38,943 bases of DNA from Chiloscyllium plagiosum. Lineage: Eukaryota. Below the pieces are notes generated by a model that saw only the letters and a program-made list of their open reading frames with translations, was not told the origin of the DNA and ran no database searches. Below, piece after piece: positions 32,950 through 38,943 of this stretch (positions are counted from its first letter, which is position 1; every line of letters starts with the position of its first letter). Position numbers and translations under genes: made by a program. The DNA is taken from assembly GCF_004010195.1 (NCBI RefSeq), contig NC_057749.1:15706256-15745198 (forward strand), written 5' to 3'.

Positions 32950-33458
32950 CCTCTATTTGGGGGTGCAGAGGAGGTTCAGGAGACTGATTCCGGAGTTCAG
33001 GAGATTGGCTTATGAGGAGAGACTCAGTAGACTGGGACAACAGCCATTGGAATTTGGAAGAATGGGGGGGGCTCTTATAGTGACGTGAAATTACGAAGGG
33101 AATCAATACGATGGAAACTGGGAGGTTGTTTTCACTGGAGGGTCAAACTAGAACTAGGGGGTGTAACCTCAAAATAAGGGAGGACAGATTTAGGACGGAG
33201 TTGAGGAGGAACTTCTTCACCCAAAAGATTGGGAATCTGTGGAATTCCCTGCCCAGCGAAGCAGTTGAGGCTACCCTATTGAATGTTTTTAAGGTAAAGA
33301 TAGATAGGCGTTTGAACAATGAAGGAATTAAGGGTTACGGTGGGTGGGCGGGTAAGTGGAGCTGAGGCCATGAGAAGATCAGCCATGATCTTACTGAATG
33401 GCAGAGCAGGCTGGAAGGGTCAGACGGCCTACTCCTGCTCCCGGTTCTGTCGTTCTTA
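32950..33458 (+). mobile_element. CR1-clade LINE 3' fragment
   Basis: GVQRRFRRLIP..YEERLSRLG..RTRG.NLKI..RFRTELRRNFFTQ..NLWNSLP plus tail. Confidence 0.9.
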
Positions 33459-34525
33459 TCTCGGCTATTACTGTGTGACATGTTTAGGTGGGCAGTTACA
33501 ATGGAAGATGTAGACCAAGGAATTTATAAACAAGAAAAGGTGACACACCTGTGGGGGAAAAAAAGTCAACAGGAAACAGACTTTTACAAGCAGGAAGCAA
33601 AAGTTGCTTACCACACAGTGAATGTTCCGTAACACAGGCGTGAATCACTTACTACCTCGGAAAGCCAAGGAGAGAGACACATGCGCAGATTTATTGAAAT
33701 GTAGCTCTCAACAACCATCCAATTACATTTAACCACAATGTGAATCCAACAGCGTTGTCCTATTATTAATGACTGACAATTGTATAGCTCCTTTCACAAC
33801 TCGAGGATATTCCTTGTATCTCAAAGAGTTACTTCTGAAATGCAGCAGCCAATTTGCGCACAGCATGCTCCCCCATAAACAGCGCCCAAGAACCACCTGG
33901 ACGAATACATGAATGAGAAGGGAATAGAGGGATACGGGTCCTGTCAGTGGACACTGTGCAAAATGTGTCAGCATGGCTTGGAGGGCCGAAGGGCCTGTTC
34001 CTGTGCTGTATTGTTCTTTGTACAATGGGATAACGACCAGGTGATTTTTATTTGGGGGGCATTGTTTGTTGGAGAGACAAATATCGGGCAGGACACTGAG
34101 GATAACACCCATCCTTTAAGTGGCCACAGATCTTTCATCCAAAAGAGTAGAGAGTCATCAGCCTAACATCGCCTCTGGGAGTCAGCACCTTCAACACTGC
34201 AGCACTGCCTCAGCACTGTCATGGGAGTAGTAACCTGTATTTTTTTCTGTGATTTTAATATTTCCAAGCAGGGAAAACAGAATCTCAATGCAACATCTCA
34301 TCTGCAGGTTGGAGTTGAAAACTATTTGATTCCTACAATAAACACAGGTTGTGGTTTGTCCTTTATCCACAACTATTGGATATTCTGATTAAATGTCAGT
34401 AAAGACAAAGTGCCTGCCCTCACTCAAGTTAGGAATAACTGAAAGCAGGAGCAGACATATGTCATTCAGACATCGAAGTCTGCTCCACTATTTAACAGGA
34501 TATCACAGCTGATCACAAGGTGTCA

Positions 34526-34596
34526 TTCCTGACCGGGAATTGAACTTGGGCTGCACTGGTGACAGAGCCACATCTGAGCAACCACACGACCAGGGA
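34526..34596 (-). pseudogene. Degenerate tRNA-Glu-like pseudogene or tRNA-derived SINE head
   Basis: Minus strand tccctggtcg..gctctgtcacc..gcagcccaagttcaattcccggtcaggaa resembles vertebrate tRNA-Glu (TCCCTGGT...GTTCGATTCCCGGTCAGGGAA); the D and anticodon stems are broken. Confidence 0.65.
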
Positions 34597-34949
34597 GAGT
34601 AACGTGCAGCAAATGCATGCAATTAATGTGAGATTTTCAAACACCCATCAATTCCTAATCACCCGCAGTTAATGAGATGCAAGAGGTCCCTGAGCCGGTT
34701 GGAAGAGGGAATTGGAACACCGGTGAGGAACCGGTAGGATTAACCACATTGCAAATGAATCTTTTGATTGTCAAGGGGATCAACGGTTATGGGGAGAAAG
34801 TGGGAGAATGGGATTGAGTAATTTATCAGCCATGATTGAATGGCAGAGCAGACTCGATGGGTTGAATAGCCTAATTCTGTTCCTACGCCTTATGGTCTTA
34901 ACTGTGTTTGCAAGGACTGTGACTAAATTTACCACCACAGGTGCGTAGG

Positions 34950-35205
34950 CTGTGTGGAGTTTGCACATTCTCCCTGCATGGCTTTCCTCCGGGTGCTCCA
35001 GTTTCCTCCCACAGTCCAAAGACGTGCAGGTTAAGGTGGACCGTCAATGGGAAATGCAGAGTTATGGGGATAGGGTAGGGGCACAGGTGTGGATTGGCAT
35101 CCTCTCTCTCCCCTCACTACCCACATCCTCACTTTCCCTTTAGAGGGTCAGTGCAGACACGACAGGCCGAATGGCCTCTTTCTGCACTGCAGGGATCCAA
35201 TGATT
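34950..35205 (+). mobile_element. HE1-type SINE lacking the tRNA head
   Basis: V-domain ctgtgtggagtttgcac..cccacagtccaaagac and tail. Confidence 0.8.
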
Positions 35206-35715
35206 CGTTGAAAATTGAACCAAAATAGGAAGCTATTTTATGAATCTGTGGTGCAACCACACTCAGGAAGGTCCTGATCCCCGCAGGACAGGAAGGTCCT
35301 GGCAGGGACTAAGAGGGTTGGAAGATGACAAATGACTCGAGTGGCTGGAGAGATTGGGTTTAAAGGAGCAAAGATGTAAACTGGACTTGTTCTCACTGGA
35401 AAGCAGGAAGCTGCAAAGCAACATTATTGCTGTTTTGCGGATTCCAGATAGTGAAGACCGTGACCTGTTATTACCCCTCCTCCAGATCAGTAGAACACAA
35501 GGACACAGGATCCGCTTGAAGGAGGGTAAGCTGAAACTAACTGGCAAAAAGAACATCATTTCAGTCTGCAAGTGATAAATCTACGGGCCAGGTTCCCCTT
35601 CAGGGGTGGGTGGGGGGATGGGGTCTGAGCACTCGTTAATGTGTGCTTTAGGTAGATTTCTTACAGAAAGTAACGTTTTGAGATCCAGTGCATGGGTCAA
35701 TTAAACCATAGCAGA

Positions 35716-36221
35716 TAGAGTCATACAGCAATGGAAAGAGACCCTTCGGTCCAACCAGTCCATGCTGACCCTAATCCCAAACTAAACTAGTCCCACCTGC
35801 CTGCTCCTGGCCCATATCCTTCCAACCCTTTCCTCTTCATGTACTTATCCAAATGTCTCTTAAACGTTGTAACTGTACCCATTCTCACCACTTCCTCTGG
35901 AAGCTCATTCCACACACAAACCATCCTCTTGTAAAAAAAAAAATTTCCCCTCATGTCCTTTTCAAATCTTTCCCATCTCACCTTAAAAACCCTAGACTTG
36001 AAATCCCCCACCCTGGGGAAAAGACACCTGCCATTCACCTTATCTATACCCCTTCATGTTTTTATAAACCTCAATAAGGTCACTCCTCAACCTCCTACAC
36101 TCCAGTGAAAAAGGTCCTAGCCTATCCAGCCTCTCCCTATATCACAAATCTTCCATTCCTGGCTACATCCGGGTAAATCCTTTTTGAACCCTCTCTAGTT
36201 TAATAAAATCCTTCCTCTAAC
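35716..36221 (-). mobile_element. HER1/CR1 3' fragment
   Basis: ORF 35787-36038: WNELPEEVV..TFKRHLDKYM.RKGLEGYGPGAGRWD. Confidence 0.9.
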
Positions 36222-36377
36222 ACATGGGAGTAGATTGTGTTCAGGGAGAAGTAAGAGGCTTTTGTCAAATCTCTCTATCAGTGGGTGTTTGCCTCACCTT
36301 GTGTCAGAGCCTGGTATAGTCTCATTAGTAAAGCTTGGTAATTGGGATTAGTCAATAACACCATTACCAATTAGTGA

Positions 36378-36465
36378 GTTTTGAGAAGATCTGTAGCTCA
36401 GGTTGAGGTTCTGGATGTAGGTTTGCTCGCTGAGCTGGAAGGTTCATGAACCTACATCCAGAACC
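36378..36465. mobile_element. Internally deleted family B element (hairpin; hammerhead lost)
   Basis: Nearly identical to 13422-13491, followed directly by the inverted gaacctacatccagaacc. Confidence 0.8.
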
Positions 36466-36721
36466 ATGAGCAATGTATCACCTAATTACCAAGAATGCTC
36501 AGGTCTTTTTAAATTCAGGTCCTCCAATAAACTCAGGCCTGATTTTACAAGTGTTGAATCAATCTCCCCTCTGCCTCAACTACTGACCTGCTCTTAGTCT
36601 CTTTAAAATGCCTTTGCTGGTCCTTTTCAGTGGGTCAACCAAATCGTTGATCACATGATTTCCAAGTTGGCATCTGTGTGCCAGAAAGACAGTCGACATA
36701 CAATACCATGTGTAAACAGAA

Positions 36722-37110
36722 TCAGACTCCCACAGCATGGAAACAGACCCTTCAGTCAGCTCCCTTTTATATCTTTCCCCTCTCACCTTAAACCTCTATT
36801 TTTGGACTGCCCTCCCCAGGGGAAAAAACCCTCAGCTCTTCACCTTAACTCTGCTTCTCACGATTTTATAAACCTCTATAAAGGTCACCCCACAGACTCT
36901 GAGGAAAAATGTCCCAGCATCTCTCTATAACTCAGATCCTCCAGACCTGGTAACATCCTTGTAAATCTTTTCTGTACCCTGTCCAATTTAATAATATCCT
37001 TCCTTTAGCAGGGCGACCAGAACTGTACACAGTACTCCAGCAGTGGCCTCAATGTTCTGCACAGCTACAATATGACATCCCAACTCCTGTAATTAATGTT
37101 CTGCCAATGA
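36722..37110 (-). mobile_element. HER1/CR1 3' fragment, deleted
   Basis: Reverse-strand RPLLEYCVQFWSP remnant and tail. Confidence 0.8.
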
Positions 37111-37619
37111 TGTCAGCACATTGAGGGTTTGCTGTTCCAATATTTGGAGACTTTTTATCACATTGGCAATTGGTGTTTATTCTTGGGTGCCAGGTCCATT
37201 CCAAGGTGATGAGCCAAACCATCGACTTCCCTTCACAGTCAGAAAAAGTCTCTGGTGAGGTTGCTTGGGACAATCCCAACCTGATTTATGGAGACTGATA
37301 CAATTACAACATTTAAAAGACATTTGGTCATGGAAAGGAAAGGCTTAGAGGGAATGGGCAAAACGCAGACAAATGGGAATAGTTCACTTTGGGAAACTTG
37401 GTTGGCATGGACGGGTTAGGTTGAAGGGCCTAGTTCTGTACTGCATGACTATAACTGATTCCAATGTCGACTTCTTTTCATGAAGTAGCCCCCGTCAACT
37501 GATTCAAAAGATTGTCACTTCATTCAACTCAGGATAAAATTTTCTAAGTTTGTATTTATGTAGCATCTACACAACTGCAGCTCACCCTAAAGTATTTTTC
37601 AGATGGTGAAACACTCATA

Positions 37620-37941
37620 GGCGGCACGGTGGCTCAGTGGTTAGCATTGCTGCCTCACAGCGCCAGGGACCTGGGTTCGATTCCAGCCTCAGGCGACTGT
37701 GTGGCGTTTGCATGTTCTCCCCGTGTCTGAATGGGTTTCCTCCCACAATCCAAAGATGTGCAGGTTGGGTGAAGTGGCCATGCTAAATTGCCCATGGTGT
37801 TCAGGGATGGTAGGTTAGGTGCATTAATCAGGGTTAAATATAGAGTAATGAGGAATGGGTTTGGGTGGGCTACTCTTCGGAGGGTCAGTGTGGACTTGTT
37901 GGGCTGAAAGGCCTGTTTCCACACTATAGGGATTCTAAGAT
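37620..37941 (+). mobile_element. HE1-type SINE, near full length
   Basis: ggcggcacggtggctcagtggttagc..gggttcgattcc head and tail. Confidence 0.92.
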
Positions 37942-38701
37942 TGTAGTTGCAGTGTCCTCATCTAAAGAAAGATATATAACGATGGAGATAGTCCCAAGAA
38001 GGTTCACCCAGTTGGTACCAGGAAGGAGAGTTTGAGTAGATTAGGCTTATACTCATTGGAACGCAGGAAGATGCCAGGGGGGAGGTTTCCAACCTTACTA
38101 AAATTTACAAGAGTCCTCAGGGACTTGACAGAGTAGATGCAGACAGGTTGTTACCATTTGTGAGAGTCAAGGGCCAGAGGGCATCATCTCAGAATGAGGG
38201 GTCAGACAGACATGAGGAGGAATTTCTTCACACAGGATAGGGAATTTGTTCTAACTATTCTATTTCCATTTTCCAGCACTTGCCCCATAGTCGTGTAAGC
38301 CTTGGCAGCGTAAGTGTACGTCTAAACACTTTTTAAATATTAGGTGGGTTTGTGTCTCTCGTACTATTATTACACAGGTCACCAATTTAGAAACAGCAAC
38401 CTCCCACAACAGCCACAGGGCATCTGACTCCGTGATATCAATTGAGGGATCAATGCTGGATTATGGTTAGGGACACAGTGGAGAGGTTTGCTGCTCATTT
38501 TTGTGGGATCTATTAGGTGCACCAGAGGGGGCAGGAGGTGTTTTCATTTATCCCCAGGCAGTGCAACACTCCCTCAGCTGCAGCTCACACCCAGAAACAT
38601 ATGCAGCGAAAACTGTTTGGCTTCACTGTGAACAGAGTTTTCCCTGTGCCAATGATTATCAAAAAAAAACCTCCAATCAGATTATTATCGTATTGCTGTT
38701 T

Positions 38702-38943
38702 CCATAAGACCATAAGATATAGGAGCGGAAGTTTGGCCATTCGGCCCATCGAGTCCACTCTGCCATTCAATCATGGCTGATGGGCATTTCAACTCCACTT
38801 ACCCGCATTCTCCCAGTAGCCCTTAATTCCTTGTGACATCAAGTATTTATCAATCTCTGCCTTGAAGACATTTAGCGTCCCGGCCTCCACTGCACTCTGC
38901 GGCAATGAATTCCACAGGCCCACCACTCTCTGGCTGAAGAAAT
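38702..38943 (-). mobile_element. CR1-clade LINE 3' end running off the window
   Basis: Plus strand ccataagaccataagatatagg is the reversed tail; FFSQRVVGLWNSLPQSAVEA on the minus strand. Confidence 0.88.

Noticed and set aside
37620..37695. tRNA genes at the HE1 heads
   Set aside because: The A/B boxes continue into the SINE V-domain and LINE tail, so these are SINE heads, not tRNA genes.

Overview
Vertebrate genomic DNA, most likely from a shark. The repeats are HE1-type tRNA/V-SINEs and HER1/CR1 LINEs; a carpet shark such as Chiloscyllium or Hemiscyllium is my inference only. The window holds the 5' half of TP53BP1 (53BP1) on the minus strand. I reconstructed 13 coding exons by hand (32658 down to 1129). 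All have GT-AG boundaries and compatible phases, and they splice into an open frame of 3034 nt (1011 codons) from the MDP start. They correspond to human exons 2-14 as I recall them. Exon 1, the promoter and the oligomerisation/Tudor/UDR/BRCT exons are not identifiable here. The introns are dense with HE1 SINEs, CR1/HER1 and Rex1-like LINE fragments, two minisatellite families and a tRNA-Glu-like pseudogene. The most interesting non-genic signal is three unrelated families of short, often inverted-repeat elements that each carry a minimal type-I hammerhead ribozyme core (CUGAnGA-stem II-GAAA-CGUH) with family-specific compensating stems. This is typical of Penelope-like element termini and retrozymes, and several copies lie sense to the 53BP1 pre-mRNA. 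Other points: altered phospho-docking motifs in shark 53BP1, an array of decoy 5' splice sites, repeated RFX X-boxes, and inverted repeats bracketing exons. All human residue numbers and exon comparisons are from memory, not from a database search.
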